A DNA stretch of 64,000 bases, from NCBI RefSeq assembly GCF_963921235.1, contig NC_086097.1, positions 53,446,001-53,510,000 of the forward strand. Reading direction: 5' to 3'. The DNA is from Mobula hypostoma. Its lineage: Eukaryota. This document shows, one piece after another, positions 37,017 through 50,600 of this stretch; position 1 is the first letter of the stretch, and each line of letters begins with the position of its first letter. A model generated the notes under the pieces. The model made no database searches, was not told the DNA's origin, and worked only from the letters and a program-made list of their open reading frames with translations. The translations under genes and the position numbers were made by a program.

Positions 37017-39657
37017 GAGGAGGATCAAATAAAGATGACTAGCAACTGATGATAGTAGGTACTTAACTAATTTTAACTGTCCCAACAGCAACAACTTCAC
37101 CTACCCCCTCTCTGATATTTTTTACTGAGAACAAACTGAAATATGAAGTTGGGATCCCTTCTAGGGTTGTTCTGCTGAACACATTGCATCATGGTTCACC
37201 AAATGAGTTCTATCTGTGCAAGTTAATCATTTTTTCTACAGCTCAGTTTAAAATATCTCCACATTTCTACACATTTCTCAACCTTTTTTTCTATATTCCC
37301 ATGTTATTTTAATCTCTAAATGAAAATAGCATGTACTGAAATGTAGTGAAAATACATTTAGTGACAAACATGATTTTCACTATTCTATTGGTCTTTCCAA
37401 TGAATTTCATATTCATTTGTGCCTTTAGAGTGTACATACCTATAATCATACTTCCTAACTGCTGATTACATTCTGGAAGTGATGGACAAATTGTTTCATC
37501 AAGTGCTGTTACCACAGTTTTCTTGCCGTCATCCTGCAGAGTGGGGCAGTCATTTTGGTTGCATTTTCCTCTAAATCTGGAAAATATTAAAGTCTTTCAG
37601 AAACAACATTCTGCCAGCAGTATGTGTTCTATTGCAAGTTAAATCTGGAACTTTAGATCGACCCCATATTGCTCTATACTTTTGTTTCAGTTATCTGTAG
37701 ATCTTTCACTGCAGTCCCATATCTTTTTACATCAATTATATGAAATTTCTAAATTGACAACATACATTATGAACTAGCCAGATGTGAGCCACCAATCTTA
37801 TAGGACTATTACAATGACAAGATGATGACAGAGCCCAAATACTTTACAAAGGGATGGAAAGCATATGGTATTCCAATGATTCTGCCAAAAAAATTCAATA
37901 ACTCTGTTGAAACATTTAACTGTGTATCTGCACTTAACATGTTACTGTTACTGGCAGAATTAAGTAAATGCAAAGTCAATGTTTGGATTTTGTGCACGTC
38001 AGCGATGGACTTACATCCATTTCCCCCACGATCATCTTAAAGTTGGCAGCTCCTTTCATTAGTCTCATCTGAATGATTTATCTCCAGATCTGCTATCAGT
38101 TTGCATACTTATGCATAATTCATCTATAACTTTCGCCCATTAACCTTGGTGAAATAATTGTCTCTGTAATGCTTTAAATCATAGTTGAGCAAAATCCACC
38201 TCATTTAATAAGTTTGAATCCATCAAAACTCCTTGCCTCCCAGTTGTAGCTGTCTCGTCAGTGGACTTGCTCATGTATCATTTGACTTGGAACCTCGGTT
38301 ACTAAGTTATAGAATGCTAGAATGTAGAATTATATGTGATTAATTATGCCTACTCTGAATCTCTTTATCCTCTTCCATTGTAGAGGCTATGATAGATTCT
38401 GTTCACAGGAAAAATATTTCATAACTTTCTGTGATGTCTAGAAATTAATGGCCTTAGTTATCTGTCAATAGATGTAATTTTTCCTGATTAAAAACTTGCA
38501 GCAGTTTTGGGATCAAAATATTCCAGATCTTTTCCTAGTTTCTGCCATATTTCTTCGTTTTAGTGAATGCTTTGTGTTCTCCTTGTCCTTCACTTACCTG
38601 CTTCCCAAACTGATCTCAAGCATCTGTCATCATGGTGCTGGAGAAAGATTTGCTTGACCCACGTGGGCTTACCAGAGGCAGACAACCGGAACAATGCGGG
38701 CATTTCCAGCAGGCTCACTTGCCCAGAGTTAGGAAATCATATGGTTGACCAGCTATTTAGATCCAATCCTAATGGCTCCAGCCAAAGATGCACTTAATCA
38801 TCTGAAATAGTCAATTTTCCACACAGTTACTGACCATTATTCAGTCAGAGGAATTCATTTTAGATTAAGCTGCATTTTGCCAACATATAGAAATTCAAAA
38901 CATTCTGGTTGACCTCATTTGCAAGACAGGTAAGAGAGAAATAAAGATGAAAAAAAAGAGTATGGAAGCAGAGTTAATGCAGTGAGCAGAGGCCACTTTA
39001 ATATTCAGAGTGAGCTGCTGTACTTCCATCTACTGTACGTTTTAAGTTAATAATAAAAAAAAGAGGGCATTTCTTCTGCTGTTTATCCCCTAGCAGATTT
39101 TTTTGAAGTTCTCTTTTTTTTTTGTAAGGGGTGCTCTATTTGGTGTCTGATCCAGTTTTTCTATTTTTTCTGGGAATGCATGATGGGACAGTGAGAGGGA
39201 GCTTTGATCTGTATCTACCCTATTTCCCACCTTTTTCTGTAGAAGGAACATCAGTATATTTTTCTTTCACCTTTATTTTAGTGCAGGAATGCTTGCTGCA
39301 ATTGGGAAGATTTCTTTATACCAGTTTGCAAGAAAATGCAATATTATACAGTCCCTCTATCAAATTTATCACAGTATCAGAGTCACATACGGAGTTCAGC
39401 CTTCCATCCCCATGCTGACCAAGTACCTATCTATGCCTTTTTTATTGACCGACATTTGGTCTGTACCTGTCTATGCCTTGGCATTTCTAATGCTGGTCTG
39501 GGAACTTTTTAAATGTCGTGAGAGTACCTGCCACCACCACACACTCAAGATCCAAGATTGTTTAATACCATTTCCTGAAACAAGTGCAGAACAGAATGAA
39601 ATGATTGTTACTCCAAACCTGATGCAGCATGAAGAAACACAATAAGATAAAGAACAC

Positions 39658-39708
<51 letters not shown>
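39658..39708. repeat. (AAT)17 microsatellite
   Basis: Read directly; lies in the Rex 3' UTR. Confidence 0.97.
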
Positions 39709-39710
<2 letters not shown>

Positions 39711-39799
39711 TAGTACATCACAATAAATATCAATGCATGAGATAGATTTTATGTATTTATAGAATGATTGTGTGTACATAAAGAGACGCTAGGCGCAGG

Positions 39800-40217
39800 C
39801 TTTTCCGTGGATTGTCACCTTGTCGCGGTGGAGAAGGTTGTGTGGTCCTGTGATCCCGAGAGCGATGCCGTCTGGATCTATGCTCCTGGTAGGGTCACCC
39901 ATGGCAGTAAGGTCGAGGGTGAGGTCCCTGACAAAGAACAATCCAACCAAGACCTCAACGGTGGAACAGGCGGATGAAGTTACTTCGAACTCAACGGCTG
40001 TGAAGGTGGATGAAGGCTGCAACAAATCCATCAGCTCCATCGTCGTGGTTTCCATGCCATTGGAATCAGTTGGTTGATTTGTGAAGTATCGTGTGCTTCT
40101 TGGAGTGCAACATCAAGTACACGTTAAATAAATACACGCACAGGTGTCTTTGCTCTATGGGCCACTTCTTCAGAACAACGGCCATCATCCTCGACCTCGA
40201 GGGATAGCCACGACGAC
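39800..40217 (+). mobile_element. Non-autonomous RTE (Expander/Rex3-like) derivative
   Basis: Head caccttgtcgcggtgg...gctcctggtagggtcacccatggc resembles RTE/Expander 5' UTRs; (gac)n tail; 15-bp TSD GACGCTAGGCGCAGG (39785-39799) / GACACTAGGCGCAGG (40218-40232). Confidence 0.75.
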
Positions 40218-40274
40218 GACACTAGGCGCAGGAGTGTCTGTACATAAGGTGACTGACAGGAAGTGATAAAGTAG

Positions 40275-40518
40275 TCCAGCTCTTGGCTCTTGGCTCCATC
40301 CCTCCCGCTCCTGTCTTCTCCTATCATTTTGGATCTCCCCCTCCCCCTTCAACTTTCAAATCTCTTACTAACTCTTCCTTCAGTTAGTCCTGACGAAGGG
40401 TCTTGGCCCGAAATGTCGACTGTACCTCTTCCTAGAGATGCTGCCTGGCTTGCTACGTTCACCAGCAACTTTGATGTGTGTTGCTTGAATTTCCAGCATC
40501 TGCAGAATTCCTGTTGTT
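40275..40518 (+). mobile_element. Penelope-like pseudo-LTR with hammerhead motif
   Basis: AGTC CTGACGA agggtcttggccc GAAAT GTC GACT at 40386-40421. Confidence 0.85.
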
Positions 40519-41544
40519 AGTGATAATGTAGTGGTGGTTTGGAGGCATGGAGGGGTGGGTTAGTGGGTGGAAGTTTGCTCAGCCTTACTGCTTGGGGAAT
40601 TTACTGTTCCGGTGCTTCTAGCGTGGATGCTTCAAAGCCTCCTCCCTGATGGGAGTGGGACAGACAGTCCATGAGCAAGGTGAGTGGGTTCCAGCTGGTT
40701 GAACTACCTGATTATGTTACCCTTTACTGACACCTTTCTGTATACACTGTATGTCCTTGCTGGTGTGTAGGCTGATGCCGGTGATGTGTTGGACAGTTTT
40801 GACTACCCGTTTATAGAGCCTTCTCGTCACTGCAGTGCAGTTTCCATAGCATGCAGTGATGTGATTTGATAGGATGCTCTCTACTGCACATTTGTAGAAG
40901 GATGTGAGTACAGATGAGCATTGTCCAGCTCTCTTCAGCCTCCTCATGAAGCAGACATGTTGGTGAGCTTTCCTGACTGTGCAGGATATTTTCTGGGACC
41001 ATAACATGTTATGTGAAATGTACACACCCAGAGATTGAAACTGCCAGCAGTTTCAACTGCTGTGCCACCGATGTAAAACGGATGTGAGGGGTGCGAGTTC
41101 TCCAGCAGTCAATAACCATCTCCTTTGTCCTGTTAATATTGAGGAAAAGGTTACTTGCTTGGCAGCAGGCCTCGAGCTCTCTCACCTCTTTTCTGTGGGC
41201 TGTTTCGTTGTCACAGGTGATGAGCCCCACCACTGTCGAGTCATCAGCAAACTATACAACGTGATTACTTGGACGTTTGGCGGTGCAGTCATGTGCCAGC
41301 GGACTGTATGGCAGTGGGCTCAGCACACAGCCCTGGGGGGCTCCCATGTTGAGGATGATGAGGAGGGAAAACCGGTTGTACATCCTGACTATCTCAGGTC
41401 TGTTCATTAGGAAGTCCAACACCTTGTTGCACAGTGATGTATTTAGACCAAGGAGCAACAGTTTGATAACCAAGGTTTCTGGGGCAATAGTATTGAATGC
41501 TGAACTGAAATCCAGAAACAGACAGTGCAGTCCAGGTTCCATCC

Positions 41545-42130
41545 CTGGCTAAAATTTTCACTTGAGATTCCCTCAATATCTCTTATCCATTACCCTTAAC
41601 CTAATTTTAGACATCCCTATTCTGGGAAAGTTTCCTACTATCTACGTTATTTGTTTCTTTTATAATTTTGCATACCACAGACAGATTTCCCTTCAAATTC
41701 ATCTGCTGCAAGGGGACTAAAAGCAGGCTCATTCAATCTCTCGTTAAATCGAAACAATCCATTCCAATGAATCTCCTCTGCACCCAATCCAGTACAATCA
41801 TGTCCTCCTATAAACTGTCAACCAGAACTGTGTATAGGACTCCTGCTGTGGCCTGACTGATGTTGTACCATAACCTCTGTGCTCTGCTCTGCTTGGCTAA
41901 TGAAAGCTAGTGTCCTATTTGTTTTCCTTATTACATTTTCTACTCATGGGGTTTTTTACTACTCTTTCTCCTCTTATGGGATCTCTGCTCCTGTAAACTA
42001 AGGTTCCTTTTATCCTCAATATTCCCTTTGGCTCTGCCATTGTGCATAGTCTACTCTTAGTAGATCTCCCAGAGTGCATCACCTCACACCAAACAACCCG
42101 AATTAAATTCAGCTGCTTCACTGCCCATCT
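41545..42130 (-). mobile_element. Old CR1 fragment
   Basis: Degenerate minus-strand similarity (CEVMHSGR, ERVVK). Confidence 0.6.
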
Positions 42131-42422
42131 TAGCAACATTGAGATGGTTGAGATGAGAATGTATGTGGAAAGATTAGTAAGTTTACAGATGACACAAAAA
42201 CCGATGGCATAATGAACAGTGAATAGAGTTGCTCCAAGTTACGACAGGGTATTGAACAACTGGAAAAGTGGGCAAAGAAATGACAGATGGAATTTACCTT
42301 AGACGAGTGTAAACTATTGCATTTTGGGAAGTTAAACCAAACCACAACATACACAGTCAATGGCAGGGCACTGGGCGGGGGGGGGGGGTGTTGTACAATA
42401 GAAGGATCTAACGGTAAAAGAA

Positions 42423-42702
42423 AACAACAGGAATTCTGCAGATGCTGGGAATTCAAGCAACACACATCAAAGTTGCTGGTGAACGCAGCAGGCCATGCAG
42501 CATCTCTAGAAAGAGGTGCAGTCGACGTTTCAGGCCGAGACCCTTCGTCAGGACTAACCAAAGGAAGGGTGAGTAAGAGATTTGAAAGTTGGAGCTCCAA
42601 AGGGTCTCCAAAGGATGAAGGGTCTTGGCCTGAAATGTCGACTGCACCTCTTCCTAGAGATTCTGCCTGGCCTGCTGCGTTCACCAGCAACTTTGACGAG
42701 TG
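42423..42702. mobile_element. Penelope-like insertion made of two inverted pseudo-LTR halves
   Basis: Perfect 14-bp TSD TAACGGTAAAAGAA (42409-42422, 42703-42716); inverted arms. Confidence 0.9.
42520..42555 (-). ncRNA. Minimal type I hammerhead ribozyme motif (PLE type), core intact
   Basis: Minus strand AGUC-CUGACGA-AGGGUCUCGGCCU-GAAAC-GUC-GACU; stem I AGUC/GACU, palindromic ACGU stem III. Confidence 0.7.
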
Positions 42703-43434
42703 TAACGGTAAAAGAATACAGTTTCGTGAGCATGGCAACACATGTGGACATGATGGTAAGTAAGGGTTACGGTGTGCTTTCCTTCATTGGCCATAGTTGG
42801 AACGTCATGATAAAGTAGTATATAACTTTGTTTAGGTTGAATGGAGTATTATGCACATATCTAGTCCCCACATGAGAAGAAAGGTATTATTAAGATAAGG
42901 AGTGCAGAGAAGATACACAATGGTGTTGTTCAGGCAGGAGTGTGTGGGTTATAAGCAGAGATCTGATATGCTGGAACTGTTACCCCTGCAGAGAAGGAAG
43001 CTGAGAGGCCTAGTTATGATACTATGCTCCTATTTCTTATGATAGGCATCTCAGTCTTTTTCCTAGGATAGAGGCCTAAGGCAAGAGAGATTTGGCTTAA
43101 GGTGAGAGTGGAAAGACTTAAAGGGAATCCAAGGGGCAGACGTTGCACAGAGGGTGGGTAATATGAAATGACCCACCAGAGGAGCTGGTAGAAGTAGGTA
43201 CAGTTATAATGTTTAAAAGACATTTGGTCAGGTAGATAGAGAAGAAAGGATTAAAGGGATATGGGGCAAATGCAGGGAAATTTGATTAGCTTAAGTAGGC
43301 ATCTTTCTTGGAATGGACGATGGGCCAAACTTGATAAGTCTATGTTTTATTCTGTGGCCCATGACAATCCTCTCATTGTCAACAACACATCCAATTTCAA
43401 AAATCTCATAACAAATCTCAAATCACGATGAGTT

Positions 43435-44230
43435 GCAATACAGAAAGGATATGGAGAACTGACTAACGTGTTGTCATGACAATAACCTTTCCCTCAACGT
43501 CAGCTGACCCAAAAGAGCTAACTATTGACTTTAGAAACTAGAGCTGTGTACATCCTCTTGTTTACATCAATGGTGCTGAGGTAGAAATGTTTGAGAGCTT
43601 CAGGTTTCGAGATGTAGATGTCACCAATATCCCATCCTAGTCCCACAACATAAATGCTATGGGTAAGAAAGTGCACCAGTACCTCTACTTCCACTGGAGG
43701 CTAAGGAAATACGGTGTACCCTATTGGCTTGCACCATAGCAAGCATCCAATCCGGATGCATCATGGGTCTGCTTAAGACCACAATAAACTGCAGAGAGTT
43801 GTGCACAGCTTAGAACATCATGAAAACCAGCCACCTCTCCATCTTCCTTGGTAAAGCATTCAACATAATCAAAGTCCCCATCCATCTGGGACATTCTCTC
43901 TCCTCGCCGCCCCCCCACCCCCCCACATCAGGCAGAAGATACAAATATCTGAAATGATGTACCACCAGGCTGAAGGACTGCCTTTATCCTGTTATTATAA
44001 GGCTATTTAATGAACCTCTTTTACAAAAGGATGGACTCATGACCTTGCACTTTATTGTCTGCCTGCACCATACTTTCTCTGTAGCTGTAACGCTATAATC
44101 TATATTCTGTTATTGCTTTTCCCTTCTCCTGCCTTGACATACTGATGTAATTACATTATCTGTATGGATGGCATGTAAAAAAAATTCATTGTACTTTGGT
44201 ACATGTGATAATAATAAACAAATTTACCAA
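43435..44230 (+). mobile_element. Degenerate Rex1/Babar-like LINE 3' part
   Basis: aaccttt ccctcaacgtc...attgactttag; catcaggcagaagatac; tail aataataaacaaatttaccaa. Confidence 0.7.
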
Positions 44231-44767
44231 GTTTCCTGTCATCTGTGAACTTACTAATCAAATCTTCTACATTCATATCAAAATCATTAGTCTATATCAC
44301 AGTAAGAGTTCCAACACAGATCCCTGTGCCACACTAATGGTCACAAGCTTGCAATGACAAGAAACAACTCTCCACCATCACCCTGTGTCCTATCACCAAG
44401 CCAATTCTAAATCCACTTTGCCAAAATATCTTGTATCCCATGGTCTCCAACCTTTCGGGTCAACTTCCTATCTGAGACTTGTCCATGCAGGCTACCACCC
44501 AGCGTCATCAATATATTTCAATATTTCATGTTTCAATAGATCTATATATCACCAGTCCGTGAACAAACCAGGGCTGGTGAAGAACTCCATAGACGTGATT
44601 TAACCATTTAGGGGTGGTTAAATTAACCTAAGAGTGATTGATCATAGACATAAATTGGACAGTTATTTCAAGTGTAATGTGAATTTATCATAATTAGACA
44701 TGTTTCTGTTTTATTTTAGGAGAGGAAGAGTTGATATTCCTGCCGGACATTTTATGACCTCAGGATA

Positions 44768-45320
44768 TTCCAATATTCAATAGGTAGGCTTCAATAGGCA
44801 CAATTAATGTCAGAGAAATGTATACAATATACATCCTGAAATTCTTTTTCTTTGTAAACATCTACAAAAACAGAGGAGTGCCCCAAAGAATGAATGACAG
44901 TTAAATGTGAGAACCCCAAAGCCAACCCAGCTCCCCCCTCCCATGCACAAGCTGCAGCAAGGCAATGACCCCCCTCCCTCCCCCACTAGCAAAAAAGCAC
45001 CAATGCCCTCCACCGAGCACTCAAGCGTGCAGCAAAGACATACGCTTGCAATACCCTAAAGACTACTTGTTCACCCGGTAATTTAACATACCACAGGCTC
45101 TCTCTCTCCCTAATAAGGGAGAGTTTCACAGCGAGAGTGGAGACATAACAAACAACTCGCTGATTTATGATGTTAAAAGTCTGTTGTGTCGCTTTTTCCA
45201 AGCTCTGTGCCCAGAGAGTCGACCCCAAGGCTCAGGTCTCTGGACACATAGTCCACGGCAGCTAACCCGCTGCTCCCGATGGTCTGTGATCTCCAGCGAC
45301 ATCTCAGTCGGGGGCACCGG
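44768..45320 (-). mobile_element. Unclassified non-coding interspersed repeat with Rex-like tail
   Basis: Minus-strand 3' end ...atacatttctctgacattaa...attgaatattggaa; no convincing ORF. Confidence 0.45.
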
Positions 45321-45334
45321 CCTTGTACCTGGAG

Positions 45335-45810
45335 AAAAAGGGAACTAACTTCAGTGCCCTCCTCCATGCCAATATACCCAGTGCTGAGGCTCTTGTTACA
45401 CTCAGTCAGCTCCACTGGGCAGATCATAACCAGGCCTCACTCTATTCTGAGCTTTGTCATGGGAAAAGGTTACCAGGAAGACAAAAGAAAAGTTTGCTTG
45501 ATGTGTTCAAAGTTTCCTGGAAGAAATGCAACATTCCCACCAACTTTTGGGAATCTCAAAGTAGAGAAGAAACGTTCAGGTTAGTATCGAGAACCTTGAG
45601 GCTACGCGTCAAAAGCGCGCAGAAAGCCTGCATAAGTGGCAGAAGGAATGGACCACTTTATAAACTGCAAGACACCCACCCCATCAGGCACCACCTGTTT
45701 CATCTGTGGAAGAGACCCTCGTTCCCACTTTGGCCTCATCAACCACCATGGAGCCCACAAGACCAGAGTGAAAGCAAATCATCTTTGATCCAGATGATTT
45801 AATGATGAAT
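45335..45810 (+). mobile_element. RTE (BovB-like) LINE 3' fragment
   Basis: ANIPSAEAL...QLHWADH...LYSELCHGKRLPGRQKK...KKCNIPTNFWE; (gat)n tail. Confidence 0.8.
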
Positions 45811-46404
45811 CATAAGTGAAACTACAGCTCAGGATAAATATATATTTAAGTAAAATATCCCATCTGAGATAGTTTAGAAATTTAAATGCTTGCATTTCAT
45901 TTTCACATAAATGTGAAAAAAATGATAGACTGAACTGATTTACTAGCTAAACCAATTCAGATTTATAAACAAGCACACAGTTTCCCCCATATATTAAACC
46001 ATACATTTACTGTAGTCGGTTAGAAACCTTTAGCAAAAATCTAATAGTGGATGTGGATTTACAATATTTTTGCAAAGTTGCAACTCTTCTGAAATTATAT
46101 TACAAATTCCAAAGGGTTAATGTTTAAAAAATGATTATGACGGTCAGAGAAAGGTTTCTGTTGGTCAGATTGAATACAAACTGGATCAATGTAGAGTACG
46201 TACAGAGTCTACTGTGAATATCTCTTAGTCATTGAACCAGAATCCCAGATGGATTTAGGCAGAGACCAGGTTTCCTGTAATATTTCTGCTCTTCTACCTT
46301 CATCATTTGAGTTAACCAATGCCAAGTGAGCTTAATGCCATTGCCAAAGTAAAAACAGAAAAAAAACTGCCATCAAGTTGTCTTTGTAGAAAAGTAAATA
46401 ATTA

Positions 46405-47625
46405 AGTTCAAAGTAAATTAATTACCAAATTACATATATATCTTCATACACAACCATGAGATTCATTTTCCTGTGGGCATGCTTAACAAATCATAATAGA
46501 ATCATATTAGAATCAATGAAAGACGGCATCAACTTGGGCATTCAACCGGTGTTCAAAAGACAACAAACTGCAAATACAAAAAGAAAGAAGTAATAAACAA
46601 ACAAACAAACAAACAAACAAGTAAATAAATAAATATTGAAAACATGAGATGAAGAGTCCTTGAAAGTGAATCCATGGGTTGTGGGAACATTTTAATGATG
46701 GGACAACTGAAATTGAGTGAAGTTTTCCCCTTTGGTTCAAGAGCCTGATGGTTGAGAGGTAATAACTCTTCCTGATCTTGGTGGTGTGAGCCCTGAGGCT
46801 CCTGTACCTTCTTCCTGATGGAAGCAGTGAGAAGAGAGCATGACCTGGGTGGTATGGGTCCCTGATGATGGATGCTGCTTTCCTGCGCCAACATTCCATG
46901 TAGGCGTGCTCAATGGTGAGGATATACTAGGCTGTATCCATTACTTTTCGTACAATCTTCTGTTCAAGGGCATTGGTGTTTCCATACCAGGCTGTGATAC
47001 AGCCAGTCAATATACTCTCCACCACAAATCTATAGAAGTTTACCAAAGTGTTAGATGTCATGCCGAATCTTCACAAACTCCTAAGGAAGTAAAGGCACTG
47101 CCGTGCTTTCTTCATAATTAACTTACGTGCTGAGCCCAGGACAGGTCCTCTGAAATAATAACAATGAAGAATTTAAAGTTGCTTACCGTCTCCACCTCTG
47201 ATCTTCTGACAAGGACCAGCTCATGGACCTCTGGTCTCCTCCTTCTGAAGTCAATAATCAGCTGCCATTGAGTGAAGGGTTGTTGTTGTGGTACCACTCA
47301 TCCAGATATTCAATATCCCTCCTATATGCTGATTCATCACCCCCTTTGATTTGGCCAATGACAGTGGTGTTATCTGCAAACTTGAATACGGCATTGGAAC
47401 TGTGCTTAGCCACACAGACATAAGTGTGAAGTGAGTAGAGCAGGGGACTAAGCACACAGCCTTGTGTTGCACCTGTGGTGATGGTGACGTGGAGGTGATT
47501 GTGTTGCCAATCTGAACTGACTGGGGCCTGCAAGTGAGGAAATCGAGGATCCATTTGCACAAGGAAGTATTGAGGATGAGGTCTTGATTAGTTTTGAGCA
47601 GATGATAATATTGAATGCTGAGCTA
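46405..47625 (-). mobile_element. Rex1/Babar LINE, RT to tail
   Basis: [61 protein letters not shown]. Confidence 0.9.
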
Positions 47626-50600
47626 TAGGATAAAGACAGGACAAATTACATTTTTTCAATATTTCAATATACAATTAACTATGCTTAAATTACTTCTATA
47701 CTCATCCTGTGCTATAGTTTCACTTATGCTTCGTCATTTAATTGTTCTAAGAAATCTCTGTAGTAGTTTCTGATCTAGCTTTGTAGAGTTTGGCAGTAAG
47801 CCTTCAACAGAATACAAGTGTTAATGTAAGTAGAGTTAGTTCCTCTTACTTGGCAAGGTTTGTACTCCTGCTGATTGAAGCTTCAAAGCAAAAATGCCAT
47901 TATTTCTGGATTGCTGCCATAAAACACCAACTTTCTGTCAAGTGCATCAACTTCACATCAATTGCACAACCACTGTGAAATAAAAATGTTAACATGTCGC
48001 GATGCACCTGTTTTTTTCAATAAAAATGCTCCTTTGTTATAGTTTGACAATGTACCTTACTTTTCTTCAATTACTTAGCACGATTGTAGTAACTGGTGTA
48101 TCTCTTGTTTCATCTCAGTGGTTGGGCAGGTCGAGACTAACATTTGTTTTATAAAGAAATTAACTGGTTAGCAGAACCATTTTACCCTTGCTACTTCATC
48201 TACTGGAGGAGAGTGTTCAGCATTCACTCTTTATGATAATTTTGATTCCTTCTGTTCTTGGAAAATTCTATAACCAACATACTAAATGCTGTCCTGACTA
48301 ACCTCCCTTTTTCATCTGGCATACATTTCAACTAAATCCTTTCCCTTGCAATGCCTGTTCAGTGATCACCATTGAATTACATTACTGCCTGGCCTGAAAA
48401 ATCCTCATCCCCCCTTGGGCCTCTCTTCTGCTGACCCTGTATACTCTCAAGTCCTTGTCTGAGATCTCCATGCTCCCCTGATTATCACCTCTTTCTAATC
48501 TCCATCATAACAACTCTCTGGCCTAATCCCCGTGCCTTTCTTTATAATGGTCTGGTGATTAAATTTCAGAATACTGCAAAACTCTGGCCTAATGATCCAG
48601 AGATTAACAGTCTAAGAGATTTAAATAAGAATCTGGAATCTAAAAAGAGAAGTAGCTAATCTTAGTAATAAGGAACCGGTATGTACTGGAATGTCATAAA
48701 AACACATCTAATTCACTCCAGCAGGAAAAGATATCTCTGTCCTTACCCTGTTAGGCCTATAAGCATCTCAGTGCCCGGCACCATGTTTCACTCTGCTCAT
48801 GGTCATTTTGGGATAGGCAATAAAAGCTTTCAATTCCACATGCACCCACATTCTAAAAAATAAGAAACCTCTCAAAATCTCTTTGAAAAGATGCTTGCTT
48901 ATCTGTTGTAATATCTCATGTAAGGCAACTTAAACTGCACTTCAACATTACAAGGAACTACTTCTATGCAAGTTAATATCTACATAATTTCAAAAAAGAA
49001 GCCTTATATTTTTATGGTCCCCTCTATGACCTCTAGATGTCTCAAAACACTTTACTATCAATGTGTAGTGATTGTTCAGTAGAAAATACAGAGCCCAATC
49101 TATGCACAGTGAGTTCCCACAAACAGCAATGTCATAGTTGTCTGTTTACTTTAATGATATTCAAATTTGCATGCATTCATAAATATATTAAGATAATTTA
49201 GTCAAATTTTAACCATCAATCCAGATAGCTGATTCTGTTAAATGTCATAACAGTGTATATAGACAAAGCCAAGATATGTAAATCAGATAACATCTACCAT
49301 AACACTAATGAAGTGCTCATTTGGGGAGTTTTTAATAATTTTGGGACAGAATTGTTGCTAGTATCTTGCATTGTAGTGCACTCAATTGTTAAGCTTACTG
49401 GTTCCAATATCAATAAATGAATTGATTCAATCTTTTAAAACGTTAAGACACAATTCCTTTGGTTTTTTTTGGCATTATCTTGAATGATCTAATTCAAATG
49501 CAATGAAGTACAAATTCATTCTGTTGATTAATAACAAGACCTTTGGCCACATATCACATCAAGTTCCCAAAATATCACCCCTTGCAGCTACAATGAAATT
49601 TGCAGCATAATGATTTTTTTTTTGCTTTAGTCAAATTGTTGGTAGATTAAGCTAAGAGATTTTGACTCGGTCACATCATTCAAGGTAGCACGTGTTTCAC
49701 TGTTTTAAATACTATACCTACCACAAACCTTCTTCTCACAGGTGGTCTGAATTTGCTCATTCTGGTCCTGCGAGTAGATTTAATATTTCATATGGACAAC
49801 TCCATCTCATGCCTCTGTTATTGACACCACATGGAAGTCAGGAAATTGGTTCTTTCTGGGAGCAGTTTGCAGAAATATGCAGGCTGTTGGCTTCTTTCTC
49901 ATGGGGTGCATTAACAGAGAGGCTCACGATTACTAGTAATGATCCTTCTCCAGATGTTTGCAGTCTTTTAACTCTATCTTCAGCTTCAGTCTGAAAAACA
50001 AATTAGACAGGATGGATTCTTAGCGGAAACATTACCCTAACTTCCTGTATTTCAAGTAATTTCCAGTGATCTTCTCTTGAATATTCTTCTGAAAAAGTGC
50101 CATCATGTATCCACATTATATCTCCACTGATATATTTTTGTTGTGAAATCAAACAAAATGACATATTTTCATAGTCAGGCTACTGTATATAAATTAAACT
50201 ACACTTGTTTCATATCTTGGCTGTAAATAGTTGGAACATTGTGGCGTGTTTTAATGAAAGAGAAACATGGCTAGCTTTGTTGAACTTGGTCTAGTAAGGT
50301 ATCCCATTCCAATGTTGCTTCTAATGATAAAAAATGATTTAATATTATAATATTCAATTGTGTGTATTATTAAGAAGATGAGGAACAGACTGATTGAAAA
50401 CAGAATTGTTGAATTTGTGTAGCCAACATCAAAAAGATTGTTTGAACTGCACAGGGAGCAACTCCTGCTGCCTGGAATGTGCCGCTGGCATAGTCATGAC
50501 ATTATGCTGTTTACTGAAACAGATAAGAGATTATTTTCTATTTATCTCAATGGATACTATGATTGCATTTATACAGCACCCTACTGAAACATCTTGAAGC

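Larger units (their letters stand above)
39545..41525 (-). mobile_element. Rex1/Babar LINE with nested RTE-derived element, PLE and (AAT)n
   Basis: Minus ORFs [27 protein letters not shown]-like, FYKCAVESIL; tail tcaagatccaagatt at ~39546. Confidence 0.85.
42135..43350 (+). mobile_element. Old CR1 RT and 3' fragment interrupted by a PLE
   Basis: agtaagtttacagatgacac; CKLLHFGKLNQ; continues after 42716 to the 3' UTR. Confidence 0.75.

Noticed and set aside
32074..37021. A confident TSD for the ERV
   Set aside because: AAGGG versus GAGGA matches only 3 of 5; not used as evidence.
44598..44627. Short inverted repeat atttaacca...tggttaaat
   Set aside because: Too short, with no TSD or second copy; compatible with chance.
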